In this document: positions 23,776 through 34,064 of the stretch, one piece after another
Layout: each line of letters begins with the position of its first letter
Position numbering within the stretch: position 1 is the stretch's first letter
Assembly (NCBI GenBank): GCA_963796955.1
Contig: CAWCNJ010000008.1
Coordinates: forward strand, 1 to 64,000
Length of the DNA stretch: 64,000 bases
Source: Endomicrobiales bacterium
Lineage (GTDB): Bacteria; Elusimicrobiota; Endomicrobiia; Endomicrobiales; JALOBY01
Reading direction: 5' to 3'
The notes under the pieces: generated by a model
Database searches by the model: none
The model's input: the letters and a program-made list of their open reading frames with translations, nothing else
What the model was told of the DNA's origin: nothing
Translations under genes and position numbers: made by a program

Positions 23776-25815
23776 ATGAAAATAATGAACAGGATACTGG
23801 TTGTCTCTATACTGCTTGCTATCCTGTTCGTATACCGTATCCCGCTCGTGCATGCCGGCGACACCGAAGTAACCATAAACTCAAACTATCTGGAATATCA
23901 GGAAGAGGACCGGTATCTGGTCGCCAGGGGCAGTGTCGTTATCAGCTGGGAAGGTAAGCAGCTTAAAGCTGATTCGGTAGAAATGGACGCCGCAAAAAAT
24001 TATATGATCGCCAAAGGCAGCGCTTCTCTTGCGGAAGCCGGCAGTGTATTGAAGGGTGAAACCATAGATTACGACATTAAGAATAAAGTTGGGTACATCG
24101 CAAAGGTTCATGGCGCCGCCGAAGAATGGTTTTTCAGCGCCATGGAGGCACGCAAGCAGAGCGAAAAAAGATTTGAAGTGTACCAGCCGCGTTTTACTAC
24201 CTGCGATCTGCAGCACCCGCATTACACCATTAAAGCTACCAGCGCCAAAGTAACCCTGAATAAAAACATCTTATTGTACAATCCGGTATTATATTTCAGA
24301 AAAGTGCCGGTGCTGTATTTTCCTATCCTCCCGATAGGCCTTGGGCCTCATAAGCACGATATTAAGGTGGATCCCGGCTACAACAATACGGACGGCCTGA
24401 CCTTTAAGGTGGTTTGGGGTTACCCGGTCACTGATAAAGTCTACACGCGTCTTTTCTACGATTATTACAGTATACGCGGCAACGGTGTCGGTGGCGAATT
24501 GGATTATAATTCACCGGCTACGAGGGGAACTCTTTACACGTATGGTATCAGGGACAACGTGACCAAATCTGAACGGTACACGCTTACCGGGAGCCATTAT
24601 CAGAAAATTAATTCCAGTTGGACGGCTCAGGGAGTTATAAACTATCAAAGTGATTCTAATTTTAACAACGAGTATGTTACTGATAACTGGAACAGAGTGT
24701 CGCAAACATTGGACTCCAATCTTTCGGTGACCAGACAGGTAAAAGCGAGTAACTTGCGGATATTTACGTCACGATTCGATGTGTTCAATTCTACCACGAA
24801 CACTTTCCAGCCGACCAGCATGGTCGTTCCCGGTATTACCTATACCCGCTTCCCTGTGGCGCTTACAAAACTTTCTATCTATCAAAACTATGTGCTTTCG
24901 TTATCTAACAATTACGATCCCGGCAGTAATCTGTATATCTGGAACGGCTCATACAACTATAATCTGTCAAAGAGCCTGAGGGTGAACAGGGGTTTGTCTT
25001 TGAACCCGCAGATCGGTTTTACGGAATCCTGGGTAGAACGAACCAGCACAACCGCCTACGACAGCGCTTACAGGACCGTTTCTTATGCGGCTGTGACAGC
25101 CAGGCAACGACCGTTATCCTGGATAGACCTGGACTATTCATACCGTTACTCTTTAAGAAGCCGTTTCAACTCGCTTGACATCGACAGCGATGCCAACGAT
25201 TTTGGGGTGCAGGAAAACAACACGTCTTTCCTGAGTTCCGTGTATCTTAACAAACACACGACCATGCGCAATAGTTTTTCTTACAATCTGCAGGACCTGC
25301 GTGTGCCGCCGACCCCGCTGTATGCCGACGGCTGGGACCGGTTCTCTCCACTGGTCAATGAACTTACCTGGCTTCCCACCTTTAACTTTAACGTATACAT
25401 AAAGGAAACAAATGTCATTCACCCGCTGATAATGCAGTCCATACAAACACTATTCAGTTATTCACAGTTGGACAAATACTACATAAACACCGGTTTTTTC
25501 TTTCAATCAGCGCTGCCCGGCCAGTTCGACATAAGCGCCGGCGGCGGCTTCACGATACCGAACAACATGAAACTTGATTATACTCTGAACGCAACGGAAC
25601 AATATGATCGGGACAATTTTATCCCTATTTCACAACAGGTCAAGATTACTAAGGAACTGCACTGCTGGCTTGTTTCTCTGCGTTACCGCGTCTGGGATAT
25701 AGCCGGCAAATATACGGATGAAATATATGCGCAGGTGCAGTTAAATTCCCTTAAAGGCAGAAAACAGAGCGAAGCCAGGCTGGAAAAAGAACGGGAATTT
25801 TACCCCTGGCGTTAG
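23776..25815 (+). CDS. lptD: LPS-assembly protein LptD-like outer-membrane protein
   Basis: Signal peptide; OstA-like N-terminal region (ARGSV, ADS, FTTCD..PHY); Tyr/Asn/Ser-rich beta-strand body; C-terminal KELHCW motif. Confidence 0.72.
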   Translation: MKIMNRILVVSILLAILFVYRIPLVHAGDTEVTINSNYLEYQEEDRYLVARGSVVISWEGKQLKADSVEMDAAKNYMIAKGSASLAEAGSVLKGETIDYDIKNKVGYIAKVHGAAEEWFFSAMEARKQSEKRFEVYQPRFTTCDLQHPHYTIKATSAKVTLNKNILLYNPVLYFRKVPVLYFPILPIGLGPHKHDIKVDPGYNNTDGLTFKVVWGYPVTDKVYTRLFYDYYSIRGNGVGGELDYNSPATRGTLYTYGIRDNVTKSERYTLTGSHYQKINSSWTAQGVINYQSDSNFNNEYVTDNWNRVSQTLDSNLSVTRQVKASNLRIFTSRFDVFNSTTNTFQPTSMVVPGITYTRFPVALTKLSIYQNYVLSLSNNYDPGSNLYIWNGSYNYNLSKSLRVNRGLSLNPQIGFTESWVERTSTTAYDSAYRTVSYAAVTARQRPLSWIDLDYSYRYSLRSRFNSLDIDSDANDFGVQENNTSFLSSVYLNKHTTMRNSFSYNLQDLRVPPTPLYADGWDRFSPLVNELTWLPTFNFNVYIKETNVIHPLIMQSIQTLFSYSQLDKYYINTGFFFQSALPGQFDISAGGGFTIPNNMKLDYTLNATEQYDRDNFIPISQQVKITKELHCWLVSLRYRVWDIAGKYTDEIYAQVQLNSLKGRKQSEARLEKEREFYPWR

Positions 25816-25816
25816 T

Positions 25817-25845
25817 TTGATTTATAGGTAAGCATTTGGTAAAAT
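25817..25845 (+). promoter_or_regulatory. Putative promoter of the polysaccharide locus
   Basis: TTGATT (25817-25822), 17 bp, TAAAAT (25840-25845) with TG extended -10, ~28 nt before the wzz-like ATG. Confidence 0.5.
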
Positions 25846-25873
25846 ACGTATATAAATTTCAAAGGGGCTCGCC

Positions 25874-26542
25874 ATGGATGAAGCGGAAATTTCATTGAAT
25901 GATGTTCTAGGAGCGTTGAAGAAAAGATGGGCGCTGATAGTTCTACCAACATTGATCGTTTCCGTCTTAACGTGGGTTTACGCTCATAATTTGCCTAAAG
26001 AGTATGAGTCTGTCGCGATGATACGCCTTGGTTTTGTCGGATCCGATCCGGTTGAATCGGTAGGCGCTGCAACGGCTGTTATGAAATCAGAGCAGTTGCG
26101 CGAGCAGATAGCTGCAAAAGTCGGCCATGCCCAGGATAATGACTACATAGACTCGTTAACCGATCTCATTGAATACACCGATGCGGCCGGCATGCTGCAA
26201 ATAGCCGCACGATATACCGACCCGGCGGCGGCGCAGAAACTGACGGAAGTGGTCTCTTCGCTGGTACTGGAACGACAAAAGCTTATTTTTGAAACCGAAA
26301 AGAAGAATCTCTCCCAGCTGGTAACATATGTTAAAGAAAATATCCGCCCTATGCCCTTAAGCAGCGGGCTTAAAGAATTCCGGCTGTCCGAATCTGAACT
26401 AGCGGTTCCGGCGAACCTTCCCAAAAAACCTGTTCCAAGTAAAAAGCATTATACCTCCGTCGCATTTGCTCTCAGCCTGATCATGATGGGTTTTCTTGCG
26501 TTATTCCTGGAGCGAAATTCTATTGTAAAGCCGGTGAAATAA
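25874..26542 (+). CDS. Wzz-family polysaccharide chain-length determinant (short)
   Basis: EISLNDV..KRW + TM + PKEYES at the N-terminus; Pro-rich PKKPVPSK + TM at the C-terminus. Confidence 0.75.
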   Translation: MDEAEISLNDVLGALKKRWALIVLPTLIVSVLTWVYAHNLPKEYESVAMIRLGFVGSDPVESVGAATAVMKSEQLREQIAAKVGHAQDNDYIDSLTDLIEYTDAAGMLQIAARYTDPAAAQKLTEVVSSLVLERQKLIFETEKKNLSQLVTYVKENIRPMPLSSGLKEFRLSESELAVPANLPKKPVPSKKHYTSVAFALSLIMMGFLALFLERNSIVKPVK

Positions 26543-26543
26543 T

Positions 26544-27605
26544 ATGAAAGCTCTCGTCCTCTCCGGCGGCAAAGGTACGCGCCTTCGTCCTATCACACAC
26601 ACCTCAGCCAAACAATTGGTACCGGTCGCGAATAAACCTATTTTATTCTATGGTCTGGAAGCGATCGCAGCTGTCGGTGTCAAAGAGATCGGGATCATTG
26701 TCGGCGATACGAAAAACGAGATCCGCGCTGCTGTCGGCGATGGAAGTAAATTCGGTGTAAAAGTAACGTATATAGAGCAGGAAGCGCCGCTCGGCCTTGC
26801 CCATGCCGTAAAAATTGCCCAGCCATTCATCGGTGATGAGGATTTCATCATGTTCCTGGGCGACAATTTACTGAAGGATAGTTTTCAGTCGATCGTTAAT
26901 GACTTTAACACAAAAAGGCCTAATGCCCAGATACTGCTGGCAAAAGTGCCGTGCCCGGAGCAATTCGGGGTTGCGGAACTCTCTGGTGATAAAGTGGTGA
27001 AGCTGGAAGAAAAACCCAAGCACCCCAAAAGCGATCTTGCGCTGGTGGGTGTGTATCTGTTCGATAAAAATATCTTCACCGCGGTAAATGCTATTAAGCC
27101 GTCTAACCGCGGCGAGCTGGAAATAACGGATGCGATACAGTATCTAATAGACAAGGGTTTTTCAGTTGCCTCACACGTCGTAAAAGGCTGGTGGAAAGAT
27201 ACCGGCAAGTTGGACGATATGCTGGAGGCGAACAGGCTTATCCTTGAGACGAAAGAAACTTTTATCGCCGGTACCATTGACGCCCAGTCGAAAATTGAGG
27301 GTAAGGTGGTCATTGAAAAAGGCGCTAAAATAATCAACAGCACCATCCGGGGCCCCGCGATCATCGGCAAGAACACGGTTATCAGTAATTCCTATATCGG
27401 CCCTTTTACGGCAGTGTATTATAACGTGAAAGTCGAAAACAGCGAGATTGAACACTCGATCATTCTTGAGAACTCAACGATCAGGGACATCAAAAGGCTG
27501 GAAGACTCGTTGATCGGGCAGAATGTGGAAATAGTTCGCACGGATAAGAGGCCGGCGGCCTACCGTATGATGGTAGGTGATTCTTCGAAAGTGGAGATCG
27601 TATGA
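26544..27605 (+). CDS. rmlA: Glucose-1-phosphate thymidylyltransferase, long form
   Basis: LSGGKGTRLRPITHTSAKQLVPVANKP, EEKP, RGELEITD, WKDTG plus a hexapeptide-repeat tail; adjacent to rmlB. Confidence 0.9.
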   Translation: MKALVLSGGKGTRLRPITHTSAKQLVPVANKPILFYGLEAIAAVGVKEIGIIVGDTKNEIRAAVGDGSKFGVKVTYIEQEAPLGLAHAVKIAQPFIGDEDFIMFLGDNLLKDSFQSIVNDFNTKRPNAQILLAKVPCPEQFGVAELSGDKVVKLEEKPKHPKSDLALVGVYLFDKNIFTAVNAIKPSNRGELEITDAIQYLIDKGFSVASHVVKGWWKDTGKLDDMLEANRLILETKETFIAGTIDAQSKIEGKVVIEKGAKIINSTIRGPAIIGKNTVISNSYIGPFTAVYYNVKVENSEIEHSIILENSTIRDIKRLEDSLIGQNVEIVRTDKRPAAYRMMVGDSSKVEIV

Positions 27606-28603
27606 AAACTGTCTTGGTTACCGGCGGCGCAGGTTTTATTGGTTCGAATTTTGTCCGTTACATGCTTAAGACGTATCCGAAATATAACATCATTAATCTT
27701 GATAAACTAACCTACGCCGGCAATCTCTCCAGCCTGAAAGACGTAGCCAGGAATCCTCGATATAAATTTATAAAAGGCGATATCTGCGACGCCAAACTCA
27801 TCGATAAGCTTGCGCCGCAGGCAGATGCCATAATTAATTTTGCCGCCGAAACGCATGTTGACCGGTCTATCCTTGACCCGGCTTCTTTCATTAAGACCGA
27901 TGTTTTCGGAACGTTCACTCTTCTTGAAGCGGTACGCAAATATAAGATCAAACGATACATTCAGATCTCAACGGATGAAGTCTACGGCAGTATCGACAAA
28001 GGATCGTTCACCGAGCATAGCCCGATCTCGCCGAACAGCCCGTACTCTTCCAGCAAGGCTTCAGGCGATCTGCTGGTGCGCTCATATTTCAAAACCTATA
28101 AACTGCCGGTCATGATCACCCGTGCGTCCAACAATTTTGGCCCGTATCAGTACCCGGAGAAAATTATTCCGCTCTTTATTACGAACGCGATGGACGACAA
28201 ACCCCTTCCTCTGTACGGAGACGGAAAAAACGTAAGAGATTGGCTCTTTGTTGAGGATCATTGCAAAGGTATCTGCGAGGTTCTTCATAAAGGCAATGAC
28301 GGCGAGGTTTATAACATCGGCGGCGGCACGGAAGTAAATAACATAACCATAACAAAAATGATCCTCGCGTCCCTTAAGAAGCCGGTCTCTCTTATAAAGC
28401 CAGTGCAGGACAGGCCTGGACACGATAGAAGGTATTCAATAGACTGTTCCAAACTTAAAAAGGCAACAAATTATAAGCCTGACACGGTTTTTAAAAACGC
28501 GCTCACAGAAACAATACAGTGGTACCTGGACAATCAGGTATGGTGGCGGAAATTGAAAAATGCTTCTTTCAACAACTACTATAAAAAACAGTACAAAGCA
28601 TGA
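27602..28603 (+). CDS. rmlB: dTDP-glucose 4,6-dehydratase
   Basis: [50 protein letters not shown]. Confidence 0.95.
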   Translation: MKTVLVTGGAGFIGSNFVRYMLKTYPKYNIINLDKLTYAGNLSSLKDVARNPRYKFIKGDICDAKLIDKLAPQADAIINFAAETHVDRSILDPASFIKTDVFGTFTLLEAVRKYKIKRYIQISTDEVYGSIDKGSFTEHSPISPNSPYSSSKASGDLLVRSYFKTYKLPVMITRASNNFGPYQYPEKIIPLFITNAMDDKPLPLYGDGKNVRDWLFVEDHCKGICEVLHKGNDGEVYNIGGGTEVNNITITKMILASLKKPVSLIKPVQDRPGHDRRYSIDCSKLKKATNYKPDTVFKNALTETIQWYLDNQVWWRKLKNASFNNYYKKQYKA

Positions 28604-29475
28604 AGGTCCTTATCACGGGGATAACAGGCCTGCTTGGCAAGGAACTTGCCATGACACTGTCTAAAAGCCATGAGGTTTGCGGCATAGCCCGTGGCGGAAG
28701 CTTCATGGACTTTGAAGTTCATACCGTCGACCTCACAGATCAAAAAGCGACCTACCAAACGATCACCAAAATCAACCCCGATATAGTGATTCACTCCGCA
28801 GCGATGTCTAACGTAGACCTTTGTGAGAAAGACCCTGAATCAGCGATCCAACAGAACGCGATAGCGGCAAAAAACGTTGCCCTGGCCTGCCAGCGGTTTG
28901 ATGCGGAAATGCTATATGTTTCGACGGATTACGTATTTACCGACAATGACTCCAATCGATTTAAAGGTTTTTGCGAAACCGACCCCCTAAATCCTGCCAG
29001 CATGTATGGCAGATCTAAAGCCGATGGGGAGACAATAGTAAGTTCCCTTCTGAACAAACGTTACATTGTGCGCGTTTCCTGGTTATTCGGAAAATGGCGC
29101 GATAATTTTGTCTCTCAGACGGTAAAGATGCTGAAAGAAGGGAAAAACCCTGTAATGGTTTCTGATATGGTCAGCTCTCCAACGTATGTTAAAGACCTTT
29201 CTGAATCAATTGAGACCTTGGTAGATTCACATTCGTATGGAACATATCATATAACGAATGGTGGTTTCGCTTCAAGATATGAAATAGCCTGTGAAATCTG
29301 CAACATGCTCGGTGTTCCTAATACAATGATCAAGAAAACAACTCTGGCAGAGCTGCATCTGCTTGCACCAAGACCAGCTTTCTCAGGGCTTGAAGGGACG
29401 TACTGGCGGTTAAGCGGTTTCAAACCATTACGCCACTGGAAGGAAGCAATTAAAGAATTCATAGAAAGGCAGTAG
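28600..29475 (+). CDS. rmlD: dTDP-4-dehydrorhamnose reductase
   Basis: GITGLLG, VDLCE, STDYVF, YGRSK, SPTY, APRP. Confidence 0.9.
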   Translation: MKVLITGITGLLGKELAMTLSKSHEVCGIARGGSFMDFEVHTVDLTDQKATYQTITKINPDIVIHSAAMSNVDLCEKDPESAIQQNAIAAKNVALACQRFDAEMLYVSTDYVFTDNDSNRFKGFCETDPLNPASMYGRSKADGETIVSSLLNKRYIVRVSWLFGKWRDNFVSQTVKMLKEGKNPVMVSDMVSSPTYVKDLSESIETLVDSHSYGTYHITNGGFASRYEIACEICNMLGVPNTMIKKTTLAELHLLAPRPAFSGLEGTYWRLSGFKPLRHWKEAIKEFIERQ

Positions 29476-29480
29476 TAACA

Positions 29481-29682
29481 GCATATAGTGAGCAGTTGAT
29501 CGTGCGGAGTAAATCCCTTTATCCGCCAATGAGGTGAATGATCTTCATTCCTTCGGCTCAGCTGTCTGAAGCCCCACTCCTAAGTATTTTGATTTGGGGT
29601 GTGTGGCAAGTTCTGAGCCGGCGAAGATCATGAACCGGAATGGATATACGGATTTACGCAGTACGATCAATTGCGAATATGT
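29481..29682 (+). ncRNA. Long rod-like structured RNA candidate (unassigned; 6S-like size)
   Basis: Nested complementary segments: GCAGTTGATCGTGC/GTACGATCAATTGC, GTAAATCC/GGATTTAC, TATCCG/TGGATA, ATGATCTTC/GAAGATCAT, CGGCTCAG/CTGAGCCG, GCCCCA/TGGGGT. The non-Watson-Crick positions within these stems are G-U on the + strand. Confidence 0.55.
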
Positions 29683-29703
29683 CGTAAAACACGGGTGATT
29701 ATA

Positions 29704-30996
29704 ATGAAAAAAGTAGCCGTTATTGGTACAGGTTATGTCGGGCTGGTTACAGGCGCCTGCCTTTCAGAAATGGGCCATCAGGTGATCTGTGTTGATAACG
29801 ATAAAAAGAAAGTCGCTATGCTAAAGAAGGGTGTTATGCCCATTTACGAACCAGGGTTGGGTGAACTGGTTCTTAAGAATGTAAAAAAGAAAAGAATTCT
29901 CTTTACGCACGATATAGCTGCTGCGACGAAAAACTCGGAGATCATATTTATTGCCGTTGGCACGCCCCCGCGCGACGATGGTTCCGCCGACCTGTCTTTT
30001 GTAGAAACCGTGGCACGAAATATCGCGGAAAATATGACCTCTTACAAGTTGATCATTGACAAATCAACGGTACCCGTGGAAACAGGCGATTGGGTTGAGA
30101 CCACTATAAAACGTAATCTAAAAAAAGAAATCTCGTTCGATGTGGCTTCTAACCCCGAATTCCTGAGAGAAGGTTCAGCTATTCATGATACATTCAACCC
30201 GGACCGCATTGTTATCGGTGTAAAGTCCCCTAAGGCGGAGAAACTGCTTCGGGAACTCTATAGCTCTATCAAAGCACCGGTGGTGGTGACGGATATTAAA
30301 AGCGCCGAAATAATCAAACATGCCTCGAATTCATTCCTGGCGATGAAAATATCGTATATCAACGCGGTCGGCGTTATCTGCGAACGCGTGGGCGCGGATG
30401 TTACTAAAGTTGCCGAGGGTATGGGGTTGGACAAACGCATCGGCCGGGCTTTTCTTAATTCCGGTATCGGTTTCGGCGGTTTTTGCTTTCCTAAAGACCT
30501 TGAAGCCTTCTTATGGATAGCACGCAAACAGGGGTATGAGTTCGACCTTTTAAAGGCCGTCAAGCAGATCAATGAAGACCAGAAGAAGGCCCTGGTCACA
30601 AAGATAGAGGATGCCCTGTGGATACTTAAAGATAAAACTATCGCGATCCTTGGTCTGGCCTTTAAGCCGAACACAGATGATATGCGCTTCGCGCCGTCAG
30701 TAGATATTATACGTATGCTGCAGGAAAAAGGTGCAAAGATAGTGGCATACGATCCCGTTTCAATGGAACGCGCTAAGCCGCTCCTTAAGAACGTAAAGTA
30801 TGCTAAAAATGTATTAGACGCAATGAAAAACGCCGATTGCGCTGTCTTGATAACAGAGTGGGATGAATTCAAGAAAATAGATCTAAAGAAAATGAAAAAT
30901 ACACTTAAGCACCCCATACTGATAGATGGTCGCAATTTTTACGATGCGGCGACCGCTCAGCAAGCGGGACTTATATACAAGGGGATGGGAAAATGA
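29704..30996 (+). CDS. ugd: UDP-glucose 6-dehydrogenase
   Basis: [45 protein letters not shown]; start set to ATG 29704. Confidence 0.94.
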   Translation: MKKVAVIGTGYVGLVTGACLSEMGHQVICVDNDKKKVAMLKKGVMPIYEPGLGELVLKNVKKKRILFTHDIAAATKNSEIIFIAVGTPPRDDGSADLSFVETVARNIAENMTSYKLIIDKSTVPVETGDWVETTIKRNLKKEISFDVASNPEFLREGSAIHDTFNPDRIVIGVKSPKAEKLLRELYSSIKAPVVVTDIKSAEIIKHASNSFLAMKISYINAVGVICERVGADVTKVAEGMGLDKRIGRAFLNSGIGFGGFCFPKDLEAFLWIARKQGYEFDLLKAVKQINEDQKKALVTKIEDALWILKDKTIAILGLAFKPNTDDMRFAPSVDIIRMLQEKGAKIVAYDPVSMERAKPLLKNVKYAKNVLDAMKNADCAVLITEWDEFKKIDLKKMKNTLKHPILIDGRNFYDAATAQQAGLIYKGMGK

Positions 30997-31922
30997 GGAT
31001 TTTGATCACCGGCGGCGCAGGCTTCATTGGTTCGCATTTGAGCGACATGTTTTTAGCGGATGGTCATTCTGTCGTGGCTATGGACAATCTGATAACCGGT
31101 AATCTTGCCAACATAGAGCATTTATTCGGCAATCCTAAATTTAAATTTGTTAAGCATGACGTTACCGAATATATTCACGTTCCGGGAAAGATCGACGCGA
31201 TAATGCACTTTGCGTCCCCGGCCAGCCCTATCGATTATCTTAAACACCCGATACCGACCCTTAAAGTAGGGGCGCTCGGCACACATAAGGTGCTGGGTCT
31301 TGCAAAAGAAAAGAAAGCGGTGTTTTTCCTGGCATCAACCAGCGAAGTTTACGGCGATCCACTGGTGAACCCGCAGCCCGAAACATATTGGGGCAATGTT
31401 AACCCGATCGGTCCACGCGGCGTTTACGACGAAGCCAAGCGCTTTGCTGAAGCTATGACGATGGCCTACCACCGGTTCCATAAAATGCCGGTTCGCATAG
31501 TAAGAATATTCAATACGTATGGCCCCCGGATGCGCGCCCATGACGGCCGTGCGGTACCCGAGTTCATCAACCAGGCTCTGGATAATAAGGCGATCACCGT
31601 ATTCGGCAGCGGCGAGCAAACACGTTCTTTCTGCTATGTTAAAGATCTGGTGAACGGTCTTTATAAACTTCTGCTCTCGAAAGAGAACGAACCAACCAAC
31701 ATCGGCAATCCTCACGAAATAACATTGAACGAACTTGCGCAAACGATAATTAAACTTACCAAGAGTAAGTCAAAAATAATCTACAAACCTCTACCCGTCG
31801 ACGATCCCAAAGTCCGCCGCCCTGACAACACCAAAGCCCGCACAAAACTAAAATGGGAACCCAAAGTCCAGTTGGACGAAGGCTTGAAGAAAACCATCGA
31901 ATACTTTAAATCCATAAGATAA
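30993..31922 (+). CDS. UDP-glucuronate decarboxylase (UDP-xylose synthase) family SDR
   Basis: [52 protein letters not shown]; coupled to ugd. Confidence 0.9.
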   Translation: MRILITGGAGFIGSHLSDMFLADGHSVVAMDNLITGNLANIEHLFGNPKFKFVKHDVTEYIHVPGKIDAIMHFASPASPIDYLKHPIPTLKVGALGTHKVLGLAKEKKAVFFLASTSEVYGDPLVNPQPETYWGNVNPIGPRGVYDEAKRFAEAMTMAYHRFHKMPVRIVRIFNTYGPRMRAHDGRAVPEFINQALDNKAITVFGSGEQTRSFCYVKDLVNGLYKLLLSKENEPTNIGNPHEITLNELAQTIIKLTKSKSKIIYKPLPVDDPKVRRPDNTKARTKLKWEPKVQLDEGLKKTIEYFKSIR

Positions 31923-31934
31923 GAAAGAGGGGAT

Positions 31935-32894
31935 ATGTGCTGTCGATATATGAAGAGCTTGTTTTTGTTAACATTTCTTGCTTCTTTTGCTTATGCCGGT
32001 GTGCCGGGTTCCGTTACCTATCAAGGCAGGCTGAAGGAGGGCGGAAGCCCGGTAGAGGGGACCAGGAAAATGCAATTTCATATTTTTAACGATGCATCCG
32101 TGGAAGTTTGGGGTACACCTGCTGACATCGCTGTACCGGTCGTTTCCGGAAGCTTTTCTGTTCAGATGTCTCCGGTCGTTGACTGGACAAGCAGCACCAG
32201 GTGGTATTTAGAGACATGGGTAGGGCAATTAAGCGCCGATAAGAAATTATCTCCCCGCGAAGAGATCACATCACAATTCTTTGCTCTTTACGCCCAGTCG
32301 GCTGAAAATTTAAAATCCAGCTCTACCGTAACGATCATTGCCGCAACTACGACTGTGACAGGCGCTTTCGCAATAAATGGTAATCTTACCGTTTCTGGCA
32401 GTAACAGTATTATTCCCGCTGGGTCAATTATAGCCTATGGAGGAACAACTGCTCCCACTGGTTGGTTTATTTGTGATGGATCTTCAAAAGATTCAACGTT
32501 ATACCATGATCTATACCTGGCTATCGGAAGCAATTTTGGTGGAAGCGGTAGTAATTTTAATCTTCCTGATCTGAGAGGTCGATTTATTCGAGGACAAGAT
32601 TCTGGTTCCGGACATGATCCAGATGCAGCATCTCGAACAGCAGGATTCGCGGGTGGCAACACAGGCGATCATGTTGGTTCATTACAAGATGACGCATTTA
32701 AGAGTCATGTTCATGATATTGTTGCTGGTCAGTCAATTATTGAAGGTGGATCATCTTGTGGAACAATCAGAGGTTATTATACTACAGCTCGAAATTATGT
32801 TTATATCCAAAATGCAGAATATGGTGTGCAGGCGTCTGGCGGTGCTGAAACCCGTCCAAAAAATGTTACCGTGAATTACATAATCAAATACTGA
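31935..32894 (+). CDS. Secreted fibre-like protein with phage tail-collar domain
   Basis: Signal peptide ending AYA; N-domain GVPGSVTYQGRL..SQFFA; collar motif PAGSIIAYGG..PTGWFICDG..FNLPDLRGRFIRG; HxH; ETRPKN..NYIIKY end. Confidence 0.8.
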   Translation: MCCRYMKSLFLLTFLASFAYAGVPGSVTYQGRLKEGGSPVEGTRKMQFHIFNDASVEVWGTPADIAVPVVSGSFSVQMSPVVDWTSSTRWYLETWVGQLSADKKLSPREEITSQFFALYAQSAENLKSSSTVTIIAATTTVTGAFAINGNLTVSGSNSIIPAGSIIAYGGTTAPTGWFICDGSSKDSTLYHDLYLAIGSNFGGSGSNFNLPDLRGRFIRGQDSGSGHDPDAASRTAGFAGGNTGDHVGSLQDDAFKSHVHDIVAGQSIIEGGSSCGTIRGYYTTARNYVYIQNAEYGVQASGGAETRPKNVTVNYIIKY

Positions 32895-32901
32895 GAAGAC
32901 T

Positions 32902-34056
32902 ATGAAGAAAGTTATTGTTTTGACTCTTGTTTTATTCATTAATGCTTCCGCTTATGCCTGGATATCTTCATACTCAGACGCGAGTGTTTCTATGGATTTA
33001 TATACATCTTTTGGACCGTTCACTATTTATGGCGCTACACTACCAATAACTGATATGGATTCTATGGTAGCCATGGTCAGTACCTCGACTTTAACGCACA
33101 CATCCGGTATCGAGATGGATCTTGGGTATTACGCTTTCACTGATTTTGGCGCGAATGCCACACCCGTTTTACTTGCCAAATGTCAAAGCGGATATTTTGT
33201 TAATGTACCGAATGAGGCGCCCGTTACATTTTCAGTTTACTATATTAATTCCAGCGGTGTGGAACCTCTGCCCGGGTATCCGTGTGTAAGTTTCTGGAAG
33301 GACGGAACCTCCTCTACAGTTTCTGTAGTTCTGGACAAGTTCAGCACCGATGCGACCGGCGCTCTTTACAAAAAGTCAGTCGCTATAGACCCCGGTGTAT
33401 ACTGCTACACCTACACCGTTAAAAATTCCCAATATGCCGGCGGCTATACCCTTGCCCAAAGTTCTTTTGTTGTAACAGGCCGGCCAGCAGGTGTAGCTGA
33501 TACAAGCCTTCCAGACGCAAAAGTTGTTACCAGCGGCAAAATACAACTATCATGGACTGTTAGTGATACACAACCCGTCTCATTTAAAGTTTATGCGGGT
33601 AAAGATCAAAATAATCTAACGCTTGTTTACACCGGCTCATTGCCAACCTGCCTATTAACTTCACTGGATGCCGGCAGCAATTACTACTGGCAGGTAGAAA
33701 CAATTAATCAGTATGGCGTTTCTTCAAGAAGCCCTATTCACAATTTCACCACCCTCGGCAAAATGACAAAATCATTTAACTACCCCAATCCCTTCAGCCC
33801 GCCGGGCCAACACACTAATTTCGTAGTTGATATGGCAGAAGCCGGCTCCGCCGAGGTTACCGTCTATTCAGAGTTCGGTGACAAAACCTGGAACCAATCC
33901 TTTAACAACCTGCCTATGGGACAAAATGAGCTGTCATATAACGGTACTGACGGCAATGGAAAGGTTCTATACAACGGAACATACGTCGCTATTATTAAAA
34001 AGCATTATTCGGGCCGCGAAGAACAAGACCACGTGCGTATAATGGTCGTTAAATAG
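32902..34056 (+). CDS. Secreted protein with Fn3-like domain and C-terminal T9SS-type-A/FlgD-Ig-like domain
   Basis: Signal peptide; LSW..FKVY..L..GSNYYWQV Fn3 pattern; C-terminal NYPNPF..VYSEFG..YNGTDGNG..NGTY..IMVVK. Confidence 0.72.
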   Translation: MKKVIVLTLVLFINASAYAWISSYSDASVSMDLYTSFGPFTIYGATLPITDMDSMVAMVSTSTLTHTSGIEMDLGYYAFTDFGANATPVLLAKCQSGYFVNVPNEAPVTFSVYYINSSGVEPLPGYPCVSFWKDGTSSTVSVVLDKFSTDATGALYKKSVAIDPGVYCYTYTVKNSQYAGGYTLAQSSFVVTGRPAGVADTSLPDAKVVTSGKIQLSWTVSDTQPVSFKVYAGKDQNNLTLVYTGSLPTCLLTSLDAGSNYYWQVETINQYGVSSRSPIHNFTTLGKMTKSFNYPNPFSPPGQHTNFVVDMAEAGSAEVTVYSEFGDKTWNQSFNNLPMGQNELSYNGTDGNGKVLYNGTYVAIIKKHYSGREEQDHVRIMVVK

Positions 34057-34064
34057 GGGTTAAA

